Part shown: piece after piece, positions 38,206-51,449 of the stretch
How positions within the stretch are numbered: position 1 is the stretch's first letter
Layout of the letters: each line of letters opens with the position of its first letter
Source: Leucoraja erinacea
Lineage: Eukaryota
NCBI RefSeq assembly: GCF_028641065.1
Contig: NC_073392.1
Span: forward strand, 14,012,001 to 14,076,000
DNA length: 64,000 nucleotides
Direction: 5' to 3'
The notes under the pieces: model-generated
What the model was told of the DNA's origin: nothing
Seen by the model: the letters and a program-made list of their open reading frames with translations, nothing else
Database searches by the model: none
Made by a program: the position numbers and the translations under genes

Positions 38206-38778
38206 TAAGGATGGAAAGCTACAATTTGTGTAAGAATAAAGAGGATCTGGTATGTTTACTTCCTTATCTGGACAACTTATTTAGATAAAAAATTAACAAA
38301 ACTGGAAAGAATGACTGGAGGATTTGTTTTTGTTATCGACTGGGTAAGTTTGTTTCACTCCTCCCTGCCTGCATAGTTATGACAATGGAAAGGTTTGAAA
38401 TTGCCATTACAATGACATTTAATCATTTGTTATTATCTTTCTACCTCATTAATGTGTCTTGATTTTGTGTGATTTTATGTGCCTGAGTTGAATAAAGACC
38501 TGTTATTTGTGTCGATCTGTAATGAATACAGAGTTGTAACATTTACTGCCCTGCACTCCGAGCATCACTTTCAAACATCACACAATTATTGGATAGCAAA
38601 TTCAAGAATTTAGTTGTAAGTTATCACCTCGGTTAAATAAAACTGTTCCTCTATTTTTATATGAAGCTACCTAATTTTAGGAAATTAAATCAGCCAGGCA
38701 TAATTCTGTCCATGTTGCCATATCCTAACTTATGGTGACATGATTTTCAAGCCTTACAGGACATGACAATAAACTTGT

Positions 38779-38938
38779 TTAAGAAGGAACTGCAGATGCC
38801 GGAAAATCGAAGGTACACAAAAGTGCTGGAGAAACTCAGCGGGTGCAGCAGCATCTCTGGAGCGAAGGAAATAGGCAATGTTTCGGGCCGAAACCCTTCT
38901 TCAGACTGACGAAGGGTTTGGGCCCGAAACGTTGCCTA
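38779..38938. repeat. Penelope-derived palindromic repeat with back-to-back hammerhead-like cores
   Basis: …GTTTCGGGCCGAAACCCTTCTTCAGA|CTGACGAAGGGTTTGGGCCCGAAACGTTGCC. Confidence 0.75.
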
Positions 38939-40179
38939 TGACAATAAACTTGATTGCTGGGATATTACAAGGAAGTCTAAAGTCCCATTCTGGTCCCATT
39001 CTGATGCCAGGGAATACCTCGTTAATTCTAAAATCTTCTTTGCCGCTTTGACTCAGTGCCGACACCTGTTTGTGTCTGCAGCTTCCTGTTTTCCGGTAGT
39101 TCAATTCTGCCGTACATGTTGAAATTCCTTTTGAAAAAACATTCCATCAAAATTAAGCATTTCTACTCTGCCAAATTAATGCTCCATGGGTGAAGTTGAC
39201 CATTACCTGCAATGTTTGAGCAATTTGGAATGATTAGGAGCGATTAGGAACATGAATTTTTTGAACTTCAATGGGCCATGTATAGTAATGTAACAATTAT
39301 ATTCAACAGATGATGATGGAGCAAAGGGAAATGTCGGTGTGGTTCCTCCTCATGGTCTCTGCTCAATTACTTAAATGTAAATGCTGTATCAGGGCCAGAT
39401 TCTGTTTTGATGTCCTATATCTAACAGAGTGCTACTGGACAAATTATTGAAGTATAAATCGATATATAGAAGAAGCCAATGCACACATCAGGAAGGGGAA
39501 GGGAGGGTGCGGCAAAAAGCAGGGAAACACATTGATGATTTTATTGCACCTGATTGCACCAGAAGAAGTGATTGCATTGCAATTTACTGATTGTAACTGC
39601 AGAATATTGTCAAATGCACATCAGAAATACCACAAAAGACTTTCACTTCACTCATGAATGATCATGTCCCATCTCAATGTATTACAGAACCAACTATATT
39701 AGTGCAAGTTCAGAGCAGCAGTGATGAAAATTATGGCTTAGAAGACCCTGACTGGTGGATTGATTTTAGGATCACAGTTCTGAGACAAACAACCTTTAGA
39801 CTGGGTGGGTGCGAGGAGAGATTTTAAACAAAGCTCCAAGTCCACTCTACAATGTAGTAACAATCCAGTGATAAAGAGCATGACTATATTCTTATATCTA
39901 GTATTATCAGGTCAAGGAGGTAAACCGTTCAACAAATATTTGATCAAGGAAAGCCAACATTCAATAACACTAGAAGCAACAAAAAACATGATGTTTCTGA
40001 CTTCTGATTGATTTTAAGCGATGAAAGCAGCAGAGTAAACAGTGAGTACATTTACTGTTGTGATCATTACAAATAATGACACTTCTATTTTTGTTCTCCT
40101 TAAGAACCAGCAAGATATGTTTCCAAATTACTCAAATAATTATAATGCTCCCAATTTCCTGTAGCATATGAAGAGACGG

Positions 40180-42960
40180 TAAGTTTTTACAATGGTTACC
40201 ATAGAAATAGTGCATAAGCCAGTTGTTATTTTCTAAAATTCTACGACTTCAATCGTCCCTTTAAATTGGAAGGCTGCAAGCATAACCCCACTATTTAGAG
40301 AGGGAATGCATGGAAATACATACCTGTTAGGCTGCTGATAGGGATAATCACTTATTAAGAGATTATTACCAGACACATGGAAAAGAATAATACAATTGAG
40401 CAAATTCAGCATACATTATGAAACAATGAGTTGACAAATCTGTTAAAGATTTTTTAGCTGGCAGGTGCCAAAGGAGATGAGGAACCTTTCGTAAATTCAT
40501 TCATTTTTGGGTGGATTGTGGCATTGCTGACAAGGGTATTTATTGGCATTTCCAAATGCCCTTGTGAAGGTGGCACTGAGCTAATTCCCTTCGGTAGAAT
40601 TCACTGGTTTAGGAAGATAGACACAAAATGCTGGAGTAACTCAGCAGGACAGACAGCATATCTGGAGAGAAGGAATGGTTGACATTTTGGGTCAAGACCC
40701 TTCTTCAGAGTCTGAAGAACTGTTTCAACCCGAAACGTCACCCATTCCTTCTCTCCCCAGTTATCGTTGTGTCTATCTTTGGTTTAAACCAGCATCTGTA
40801 GTTCCTTCCTACTCATGGGTTTAGGAATTGTTGTCAGGATGACTTAAGCAAGAAAAGACAGTGCATTTGTAGATTTATCATGCAGAACATAAATATTTAG
40901 GGTGGTGGAGATGGTCACAATCATGTGGGGTACTTTGGTATGGATGGTAAGAAGCTGTACTGATTCAGGTACTGATTCTGTAAACTTTCAGAGGGTCTTT
41001 AATAGGATGCCACATAGCAGAACACCAAGTAACTTTGTAGCACAAGAGATTGGAGCAATATGTTCGACTGGATTGAGTATTGATGAAAAGACAGAAAACA
41101 TAGATTTGGAAAAATGGGGCTATCTCAGATTGGGAAGCTACGACAAATGTCTTGCTTCAGGATCCGTGCTAGGATCACAACCATTGACAAAATGTGTGAT
41201 ATATCCAAATTTGTCAATGGCACATTTGGTGTGGTTTTTTTAAATAGCAGTAAGAGGTTGAATGGTGTTGGTGTTCATGGGAACTGGGAACTGGTCATCC
41301 TTCAGCATGAAACAATGAATGTTAAATTGTACATAGAACAAGAAGTCAGGATAATTTGGCTTTTATTGCAAATGTATTGAAAACACTATTAGAAAATTGG
41401 AAGGGCATAAGACTCTGGTGAGATTTCACCTGTAGTGCAGTGTAATGTTCTCCCTATCCAAGAAAAGATCCGCAAGGAATGCAATAAAGATTCAATGGGT
41501 TGATTGGTAGGATGGAGGCAGAGTCCGTCTCGATGGTTCAGTAGATTGGCACAATACCCTGTGTGTCTAGAAGAATGGTTGGTTATCTCATTGAAACATA
41601 CAGATTTCACGCAGTGCTTAATAAGGTAGGTATAATGTTTCCCAAGGTGGGGTATCTGGAAACAGGAATCATTGTCTCAAGATAAAAAAGATATGTCACT
41701 CTATGGGCCCAGATATATTAGACGAATGCATGAACAGAAAGGCAGATACAAATAAGTTAATATCCTATTTCTACAATACCTTTTTAAATGTACATATCCC
41801 ATCGTCGGAGATAATTAGGCGAGCATGGGAAGACGAATTGGGTTTAACAATTTCAAAGGATAGTTGGGAGGAAAGTCTTTTACAGATACATTACTTTTCT
41901 CTTAATGTTAAGCACTCCCTAATGCAATAGCATAGACTCTATTATTCAAAGTCTAAATTGAACAAGATCTTCCCAAATGTCCCTCCTATCTGCGATAAAT
42001 GTCTCCTCCAAGAAACGACTATAACCAATTATGTTGTTTCCTGTACAAAATTACAAAACTTCTGGAGGGGAATTTTTGATATCTATTCTAAAATACTTAA
42101 AACTAAATTGGATCCCAATATAAAAATGATCACACTAGGTATGTCAGAGGCCTGTTCTAAGAACGATATTTCAAAGACGTTTCCTTAACTATGGCCTAAT
42201 AACGGTAAAAAAAATAATACTAACATTTTGGAAACAGACAACAGTCCCTACAGTGAAGATGTGGATCACAGATATGTCCGAGACACTACATTTGGAAAAC
42301 ATTAGGCTTGTCTTGGCAGAAAAAACAGATCAATTTCTTAGGACATGGACACCCTTTACCGAATTCTTACAACAATAGTATGGTGCAACACAAATTTAAA
42401 TTTAAATCCAATACTTGGTGAGGCGCGCACGGGGGGGACGAGGGGCAAGGTATATCTCCACTTTTCTTTTTCCTTTTTTTTTAAAAAATTATTTTTTCTT
42501 TCTGTTACACTGCTTTGGTAATTTAAGGGATTCTCTTTTGTTCTTCAATCTATATCTTCACTTTCTACTTCTTTTCTTTCTTGTTTTCTCTTTCTTTTCT
42601 TTTTTCATTTTCTTAATTTAGGTTATAAGGTTAAAAATGAAGCTGTACAATAATTGTATAATTTTAGATGCCGAATGTTTTATCTCTGTACAATTGCTTT
42701 TAATAAAATTAAATTAAAATAAAAAGATATAAAAGATGGCCATTCAGGATGGAGATTTCAAGAGAATTCTTCACCCAGCAGAATTATTTTGATGTTTTTG
42801 CGGCACAGTGGAGCTTCAGCTGCTGTGAATATTCAAGTTGCCATGTGATTGTGTTTGGGATATTGAGAGATTCAAGGCAAGAAGCACTAAAGTGAAAGAT
42901 CAGCCACAATTTCATTGAATGGCAAAGAAAGTCCAAGTGGCTGAGTGAATTACATCTGCA
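40180..42960 (+). mobile_element. Old CR1 LINE, interrupted by a Penelope-type repeat (40610-40812) and an L1 insertion
   Basis: Decayed CR1 motifs W.AASITPLF, GSVLGSQP, SGEISPVVQC (RPHLEYCVQ-like), and a 3' end ending near 42960. Confidence 0.55.
41695..42719 (+). mobile_element. 5'-truncated L1-clade LINE (ORF2 C-terminal zinc-knuckle region, 3'UTR, A-rich tail)
   Basis: WEDELG…W, HRLYYSKSKLNKIFPNV.P.CDKC…SC.KLQNFW..IF, ILTFWKQ..P..KMW. AATAAA and A-rich tail. TSD TAAAAA(A)GATAT at 41683-41694 and 42720-42730. Confidence 0.85.
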
Positions 42961-43502
42961 GGCAGGTGACTAGTATAGATGGGCCATCTTGATCGGCATG
43001 GGCAAGTTGGACTGAAGGGTCTGTTTCCATGCTGCATGAATCTATGCTTATATTTCTTAGGTTCTATTTCTTATGCAACATCTGCAGGGTATCTCAAGAT
43101 ACCATTTATTTACCATTGTGACAGAAAGATTGTGAAATTAACAGCACAAATGTCTGAAAGAAACAACACTTTTATTGGCAAATTCAGTCAAATCAAGAAA
43201 GACAAAAGAGAAATTGAGGTAAAATTCAGAGAATGAAAAGGATAAAATAACCTTTCCAACAATTGGAATCTGAGGAATGTGACTCAGTACATGCAAGCAT
43301 TTTCAAAATTAGTTGGCCCAACTTTAATCAATGCTAAAGTTGGTACATGGGCTGCAATGATCCAACTCTCTGTGGTGAGTTTGTATATATCATGAAAGTC
43401 CAGGAACTTCATCTGATCAATGTATTCAAATTATCTTATACATATCTTACACAGAAAGAAACAACCCAGATCAGCAGGTTCATCACAGCTCTCAGTCGAG
43501 TT

Positions 43503-43850
43503 TAGAAACATAGAAAACTAGGTGCAGGAGTAGGCTATTCGGCCCTCCGAGCCACCACTGCCATTCAATATGATCATGGCTGATCATCAAAAATCAGTAC
43601 ACTGTTCCTGCTTTTTCCCCATATCCCTTGATTCCGTTCCCGCTAAGAGCTAAATTTAACTCTCTCTTGAAAACATCCAGTGAATTGGCCTCCACTGCCT
43701 TCTGTGGCGGAGAATTCCACAGATTTACAACTCTCTGTATGAAAAAGTTTTTCCTCATCTCAGTCCTAAATGACCTACCCCTTATTCTTAAACTGTGACC
43801 CCCTGGTCCTGGACTCCCCCAACATGGGGAACATTTTTCTTGCAATCCCA
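43503..43850 (-). mobile_element. CR1/HER1 LINE 3' end
   Basis: GHSLRIRGRSFRTEMRKNFFIQRVVNLWNS; (CATAGAAA) tail. Confidence 0.85.
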
Positions 43851-44134
43851 TTAGTTCCCCTCTTCTTATTTTCCTGCCCATTTCTTTCTAACATATACCT
43901 GGAACTCATGTTTTTTGACATTAACCTGCACTAAGGGGTCATTTACATAAGCTAATTGGTCAATTGACATTTGTCGTAGATGTGGGAGGAAACTTGAGGA
44001 TACAAGGATGCTCATACACTTATGCAGAGGTGTAGCCTGCACACTGGATACACCAGAGGTCAAGATCAAATTTGGATCCATAGAAGTGCAGAAGCAAGGA
44101 ACTACAGATGCTGGTTTACAAATAAGGACAAATA

Positions 44135-44856
44135 TGGGCCTGCCCCATTTAGGCGACTTTTTAGGCGACTACAGGAAACTATGCAGTCGCCACATGTTCG
44201 CGGGTGGTTGCCGGGGAGTCGCCTTCATGGTCGTAAGGAGCTCCTGTATTCTGGGAACTAATCGCGGCCTCATTAAGGCATCTAGAATGAAACCGTCATG
44301 GAGAGTAGCGAGAATTTCTCGAGCCGTAGGTAGGTCGCCAGGAGGTCCTAATGGGTTGCCAGGAGGTCTAAGGTTCTCGGAGGTTCTCATTGGTTGTAGC
44401 CGGTGCTGACTGGCGAATTTCATTGGCTCATTGGGAAAATAAAGGTAAGCAGTCATTTTCAGAACCAAGGATAACCGACCGGTAATGTTAAATGTCTGCC
44501 GAGCTTCACAGCCGTGTATCTCTGGCTTCTTAAAAATTGTCTCCACTCCTACTCCCCTCCCCCCCCCCCCTCTTTTAAAGGACTTACCATACACTGTGCT
44601 TTAGCCATCTTTTTACAGCGCCTACCTTCCTGTTCATCGCGGTGTGTGTCTGTTTCACCTTGGCTTTGCAATGTATGAATTTTTTAGACAGTGCTCCCCC
44701 CGCTTGCCCTGACACCCGCCTGCATAATGGCCTGGTGAAGGAAGCGATGTGTTTGTGTGTTCTATTCTGACAGTTGCCGTTCCAGTTGCCGGTTTTTAAG
44801 GCGACTGCCGGCAACTTGACAGTCTGCTGAAAAATCGCCTAATTGGGACAGGCCCA
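44135..44856. mobile_element. PIF/Harbinger-type non-autonomous element, full length, inserted in a Penelope-type repeat
   Basis: TIRs TGGGCCTGCCCCATTTAGGCGA / TCGCCTAATTGGGACAGGCCCA. The flanks rejoin into the GAACTACAGATGCTGG…GTAATTCAG repeat. Confidence 0.8.
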
Positions 44857-46752
44857 AAGGTGTTAGTGTAATTCAGGCCAGACAGCATTGCTGGAGAATA
44901 TGGATAGGTGACATTTTGAGTTGGGACGCTTCAGTCTGAAGAAGGCTCCATTTTTATTCCAGGGATGTTGTCTGACCTGCTGAACTACTCCAGCACTTTG
45001 TGCCCTAGATCCACAGAATCCAAGTAACGCTGAGACTACAATTTTGTAATTTCGCTATTCAGTTCTCCCCAAGTGCCACATATACTATATTTGAATATTG
45101 AGTGGCAATCTTAGACAAACATATACGATCCTGAGGAGGCACAACAGGTTAGATGCAGAGATGTTTTCACTAGTCGAAGAAACTTGAATTGGGGAGGACA
45201 TTGTCGAAAGATAAGGGACGAGAGAGTTAAAAATCAAAGTATGTAGAAATATCTTCTTGCAGAGCATGGCGAATCTCTGGAATTTTCAGTCCAAGAGATG
45301 TGGTGGCTGGATCATTAGGTATTTAAAATGGAGGCAGATACATTTTTGAAAGAATGAGGGACTGAAGGTAATGGGAATTGGCACAGAAGAGGAGTTGAGG
45401 TCTGGGGTAGATCAGTTGTGGTCATATTGAATGGCAGGTCAAGCTTGATGTGCCATGTAACCTTCTCTTGCACGTATGTTTTTGTGTATATACCCACCCA
45501 TTCTCTCCCACACATCTGCCTTGGAGTGAAATTACACTGACATTTGCACATCAAGGTGAGCACCATTAGCTCTGCTATTATTTTGACAGCAATTTTTGAC
45601 TCACTGTTCATGATCTTTTCTTTGTTCTGTTTTTTTTTTTAAATATAAGTTGCTCCTGCATCATAATGTATCATTTGTCAAGACTTCAAAAGTTTCAAAT
45701 TTAAACCTCAGGCAGTCATTTACATAATGCAACAGCCGTTCGTGCTTCAGAACACTAATGTAGTGGTGTAACAAGCTAAAGCAGTGGTCAATTAGACATG
45801 CAGACTCGAACTTAATGTTCAAAGCAAGTGAGGCTTACTCACCCAAGGCAGTGGTGTCTTTAAGCACAGATGAACAATAACAAAGATTGTAATGGAGTTT
45901 AAATTACAGCATGGCAATTCTAACTCTTGGCTTGTTCCTCTCTCACCTCGCTCTGAAAGAAGCATTTATCTTTCCAATGTGCAAGTCATTTCGGGTTGAC
46001 TTCAAAGATTTGTTAAATGTATACCATCTCTGTATTGCTTATTCTGTTATTTTATATAAATGTGTGCCATTTTTACAAGTTATACAATTTTAAATAACTA
46101 TTTAGGATTGAACTAATGTACAATTCTCTATAACGAAACACAGCTTTCAGGAATCCCCATTTATCAGTCTCTCTTCCCTGTTTTTTGTTGTTGTAAATGC
46201 AACAATAATCTGACTTTACACTGACATTACTGCCTGTATTATCAAAGCGCCAGCTGTGGTTCAGTCAGTGGAGGTGGTGTTGGGATCCAGAGATATAAGC
46301 ACATAAATGGTCCGGTTGGACACTCAAGTGAAGTGCTCCACCATTGGAGCCGATACGTTTCTATATATGGCATTCCCTCAGATCTTGGGGTGGAAAATGC
46401 ATTGTTATCTAATAACGCCCTTAAAAGACAGTCATGCATCAGCCTAATGCTGTTTGTCGAAGTTCAATGAGAACTTCAATTACAAGGTTCACGGGATCTA
46501 TTGTCACACTGAGCAAGGCTGCACTGTAATGGACTCAGCGACATACGCACTATTGATGTTTTGCAGGTTCTCACAGCCTACAGCATTTAGCTCAGCAGGT
46601 GTGATCTCCGAACCAGCACTTGATGGGATAAGCATGTCTTCCCGCTGCAAGGTGGTATTTCTACTGGATTTATGGATACCACATTGATGGGGAAGGTTTA
46701 GGAGAATGCACCTAGAGAGTCAGTGGGATCTAAACAAGGCATGTTCCTTGTA

Positions 46753-46787
<35 letters not shown>

Positions 46788-46877
46788 AGAGATAATCCAG
46801 ACTACAGGCGGGTGCCAGGAAGGTTTCCATAAGCACATGTCTGCAGTCTCTGATCATTAAATGTTTTGGGGAAACGT

Positions 46878-47140
46878 TGTTTAGTTCAGAGATACAATGT
46901 GGAAACAGGCCCTTTGGCCCAACGAGTCCACACTGACCTGCAATCACCCGTACACTAGTTCTACCTGGCACTCTAGGGACAACTTACAATTTACAGAAGC
47001 GTGTTTGGAATGTAGGAGGAAACCAGAGCACCCGGAGAAAACCCATGTGGTAGCGGGAAGAACGAGCAGACTACGTACAGACAGCACCTGTAGTCAGGAT
47101 CGAACCCGGATCTCTGGAGATGTAAGGCAGCAATTGTGCT
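46878..47140 (-). mobile_element. HE1-like SINE
   Basis: Same family motifs in reverse. Confidence 0.8.
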
Positions 47141-47759
47141 GCCCACAATGCAGGTAAATGCCTGAGCCCGCTTTCCCCGATGTGCTGAAAGAAAAGGTGA
47201 GGTTGAATATAACAGTCAGCGCAGACATAGTGGGGTGAAGGACCTGTTCCTGTGCTGTACTGTTCAGGGGGGGAACCTGACTGAGGTTCTTTTTTGTCCT
47301 TTAGGTTCACCAGGTTCTTGGTTGTTCTGCCCAGTGAGCCTTATCCGATATTCCCTACCACAATGGTTCAAGTGGAATTCACAGAATAACTGCAGGAGAA
47401 CGTAAGCAACATTTCAATGGTACAGCACTGTTTTCGGTAGACTAAAGCTGGAATCTTGAGTAAAACACAAAGTGCAGGTGTATCACAACATGTCAGGCAG
47501 CATCTGTGGAGGAAATTTAAGTTTTACATCCATTTTTACTGATGCCATCCTATTGGAATATTTCATTCTCTTTCACCCGCCAGTCATCTTTCAAAGATAG
47601 ACACAAAATGTTGGAGTAACTCAGCAGGTCAGGCAGCATCTCTCGAGAAAAAGGATGGGTGAAGTTTCAGGTCGGAACCCTTCTTCAGACCTATTTCCTA
47701 TTTCACGTTGCCTGACCTGCTGAGTTAATCCAGCACTGTATGTTTGACTATATTTTTGG

Positions 47760-48275
47760 GAGTTGCAGGGAGTGCAGCGTAGGTTCACCAGGTTAATTCC
47801 CGCGATGGCGGTACTGACATATGATGAAAGAATGGATCGACTGGGCTTTTACTCCCTGGAATTTAGAAGGATGAGAGGGGTTCGTATAGAATCATATCCA
47901 TTTTCCAGGGATTGGACAGGCAAGATGCAGGGAAAATGTTCCCGATGTTGGGGGAATCCAGAACCCGGGGTCAAAGTTTAAGAATAAGGGGTGGGCCATT
48001 TAGTACTGAGATGAGGGAAAAAAATTCACCCAGAGTAGTTGTGAATCTGTGGAATTCTCAGCCATGGAAGGCAGTTGAGGCCAATTCACTGGATGTATTC
48101 AAGAGAGAGTTAGATATAGCTCTTAGGGCTAATGGAGTAAAGGGATATGGGAAGAAATCAAGAACGGGGTACTGATGTTGGCTGATCAGCCATGATCACA
48201 TTAAATGGCGGTGCTGGCTCGATGGGATGAATAGCCTACTCCTGCATCTATTTTCTATGGTTTTATGTTTCTATA
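47760..48275 (+). mobile_element. CR1/HER1 LINE 3' end
   Basis: VQRRFTRLIP…ERMDRLG.YSLEFRRMRG, SRTRGQSLRIRG, VNLWNS; TTTCTATG tail. Confidence 0.88.
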
Positions 48276-49989
48276 TTTGAATAAATTTCAAGACCCTGGA
48301 TATCTAAACATAAATGTTTGTGGGAGCTTGCTGTGCGAAAAGTAGCTCCTGAATTTTCAACATCCTAAAGTACTTCACTGGACGTGGAACAAATTTGAGA
48401 TACCTGGAAGGGGATTGGAGATTATTGTAAAAATGAAATTTTATTTTTAATTATGTGGGGGAGAAGAAGAGTGAGTTATATTTGCAATATCAAACCTCAG
48501 AGGGCAAATTGATGAAATATGTTTTTTTCAAATTCCAACAATGTTATTCGAGTCACTCCAGTCTGTTACTGCCTTGCAATTGACGCAAATCATTTTACAT
48601 ATGACTTTGAAATTTGGAGTAGATCGACAAGGCAGAACTAATTATCTCATTGGCCAAAAAGCATGCACGTTCCTAAAGTCACATATATCATTCAGTCGGC
48701 TGAAGTGTTAACTTGATTTTTATTTTAAAAGTTTGCTGTTTTTCCACAAAACATGATCGTGCTGGGAGGGATGGGAGATATAAATGCATTGCTGTATAAT
48801 AAATTCTATTTTTATTCTTCAGTGCCTACAAAGCAAGCCCAGCTGAATTTCCAAAGAAGCAATTATTTTAAGGTCACTCTGTTCCTTCCACAAGAACAAC
48901 CATGCAGCTTTAGCCTTTCGGGACTGTCTCTGCATGAAAAAGGACAGTCAGCACCATCTGGCCAAAGAGAATGAAATGCTATAATAAATAAGAAGGCATC
49001 TGTAAAAATGGAAGCAAAACCAAGATTAAAAAAAAAGGTGAACAGGAGCTGAAGATCATGAGGTATAATCATGTTCAGCAGGAACAGGTCAGGTGAGAAA
49101 GCATTTATCCGAAGGATTGAAAGAAAAAAAATGTATTAAGAAATATAATTCACAATATACTGCGTGAAGTACTCACAAAAAGTTCCAAAAAATATTTTCT
49201 GATTACAAACAATAAAATGTATCTGTATCCTTTTCTTGTTTTAATGCCCCATTGTGATTTAAGATATTTCTCATGCTCAGAGTAATAGGAACCCGTGTTT
49301 GGGTAATATACAAGAGTTAATCATTTCTAGCAGTGAAATTGGTTATTATGAAGGCATCCAAGTCTAATTAGAGATTTACTACCTGCAGATTGGAAGAATA
49401 CAAACTAAGTGCACTTCGGAAAATTGGGAATAATACATTTGATTTTGCTCTTTCTTTATTCAAAGCTTCACCGACTGCCAACATTGCATGAACATTGTAA
49501 GCGTTGGAGCTGTGACTGTCTATTAGTTGATTTGTTTAGCATTCCAGCAAGGAAAATGTAATCAATATAATGAATGGACTGTATCAAGTTTCAGGGAACA
49601 AGAAAACAGATTCCAATACACAGAAACACGAACAAAACAAAACATGCAATGAAAATAGTGTAAAAACAAAATGGAGCTTCAGAAACGTCAAAAAGAAAGA
49701 AAGGTTCAAGTTCAAGTGAGTTTATTGTCACGTGTCCCTGATAGGACAATGAAATTCTTGCTTTGCTTTAGCACACAGAACATAGTAGGCACAGGTTGGT
49801 GTTTATTCCAATCAAACAAAAGTATACATTATTCAACTTTTTACCATGTATTCCCCACAAAAGCTGTAACTTTCTCTTATCATCAATCCCCTCTAAGAAC
49901 TGAGTTATCAAGTATAATTTGAACCACTAATTGCAAAGCCAGTAGCAGTATGCAAGTTCTCCCCTGGGAGTGACAAGAGGCGGGTTTGG

Positions 49990-50680
49990 CCATTGAAACT
50001 TGCATTCCTGGGTGTGCATATTTCCGAAGATCTTTCCTGGACCCAGCACACTGATGCAATCATAAAAAAAGGCACACCAGTGTCTACTTCCTGAGAAGAT
50101 TACGGAGAGTCGGTATGTCAAGGAGGATTTTCTTGAACTTCTACAGGTGCACAGTAGAGAGCATAACGACCGGCTGCACCGTGGCTTGGTTCGGTAACTT
50201 GAACGTCCAGCAATGGAAAAGACTGCAAAAAGTTGTGACCACAGTCCAGTCCATCACCAGCTCTGACCTCCCCACCATCGAAGGGATCTATCATTGTCGC
50301 TGCCTCAAAAAGGCAGCCAACATCATCGTGGACCCACAACATCCTGGCCACACACTCATTTCACCGTTGCCATCGGGAAGAATGTACAGGAGCCTGAAAA
50401 CTGTAATGACCAGGTTCAGAAACAGCTTCATCCCTAGAGCCAACAGGCTATTAAACCGGATAGCAAATAAGCTTTGAACTGTAACAGACTATTATTATTA
50501 TTGCACTATATTTGTTTATTTAATGAGTATGTGTGAATGTGTATATGTACACACACACTGAACTTTTTTTTCTCTCTCCCGTTGTATACTATGTTTACAT
50601 GTTCTGTTGTGCTGCAGCAAGTAAGAATTTCATTGTCCTATCTGGGACATATGACAATAAAACACTCTTGACTCTTGAAT
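49990..50680 (+). mobile_element. Rex1/Babar-type LINE 3' end
   Basis: LNFYRCTVESITTGCTVAWFGN…KRLQKVV…DPQHPGHTLISPLPSGRMYRSL…RFRNSF.PRA.RLLN; tail GACAATAAAACACTCTTGACTCTTGA. Confidence 0.88.
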
Positions 50681-51131
50681 CCTATCTTTGTTCACATGGT
50701 ACTGGCACGATTGCCCAAAAGGCCAAAATGATGGCCAAGGGGCAGTTTGCTGTGTGATGGAAGATGAAACGCATCCAGCGGCTGTCAGGATGTCAGTGAG
50801 ATAAATTACCAGACGGCATTCAGAGTGGAGTGGAAGGTGGAGTGGAAGGTGTAACTTGAATTGGTTCGTTCAATCTGTCAGGCAGTGAAGGGCTATCATG
50901 TAGAGATACGTACCTCAGGAAATCTGAAAAGATCGTTTCTAGCTGCTTGTCTCAAGTGTTCCTGGTTGTTAGGCAAAAGTATGCCCAATAGCACAGAATA
51001 TTCATGACCAAACTAGCCAACAGAACGTTCCGAAGTGGCTCCAACACCATCGTTAGACAGAACCTCACCATCTGTAACCTTAGACTGTAACCTTAGACTG
51101 CTGAAATACTAAAACCAAGACAGTTCTTGCC

Positions 51132-51365
51132 GGGTGGCAAAGTGGCACAGTAGTAGAGTTGCTGCCTTACAGCAGCCATGACCCGGATTCGATCCTGATC
51201 TGTCCGTACGGAGTTTGTACGTTCTCCCCGTGACCACGTGGGTTTTCCCCGGGTGCTCCGGTTTTATCCCACACGCCAAAGACATACAGGTTGTAGGGTA
51301 ATTGGCTTTGGTAAAACTTTACATTGTCTCTAGTTTGTAGGATACTGTTAATGTACAGGTTTTGG
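51132..51365 (+). mobile_element. HE1-like SINE
   Basis: tRNA-like head and core. Confidence 0.8.
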
Positions 51366-51449
51366 GTCAGCCCAGCTTGTTTTTGTACTTTACTTCACTG
51401 TTAATGATGCTGGTAAACACTTCACTAAGCTCATCTTGCTACCTGATGG

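Larger units (their letters stand above)
33571..38411 (+). mobile_element. BEL/Pao LTR retrotransposon, decayed, with integrase-core deletion and four nested insertions
   Basis: LTR homology 33797-33951 vs 38213-38411, both ending TACA; putative 5' LTR start TGTAAGAGCC at 33571. Gag zinc-knuckle remnants (CFRSL..HMAKDC…DVC…HPEILH), protease TFLDHGS, RT HLFGAVSSPSCANFAL and NFYMDDCL, RNaseH QLHHFSD and MGKARVAP, integrase C-term LTPNHLLL and [11 protein letters not shown]. Confidence 0.92.

Noticed and set aside
46754-46785. 32-nt poly-G (and other long C/G runs) as functional G-quadruplexes
   Set aside because: Homopolymer length is unreliable in assemblies and differs between the duplicate copies at ~686-704 and ~3390-3400; there is no evidence of function.
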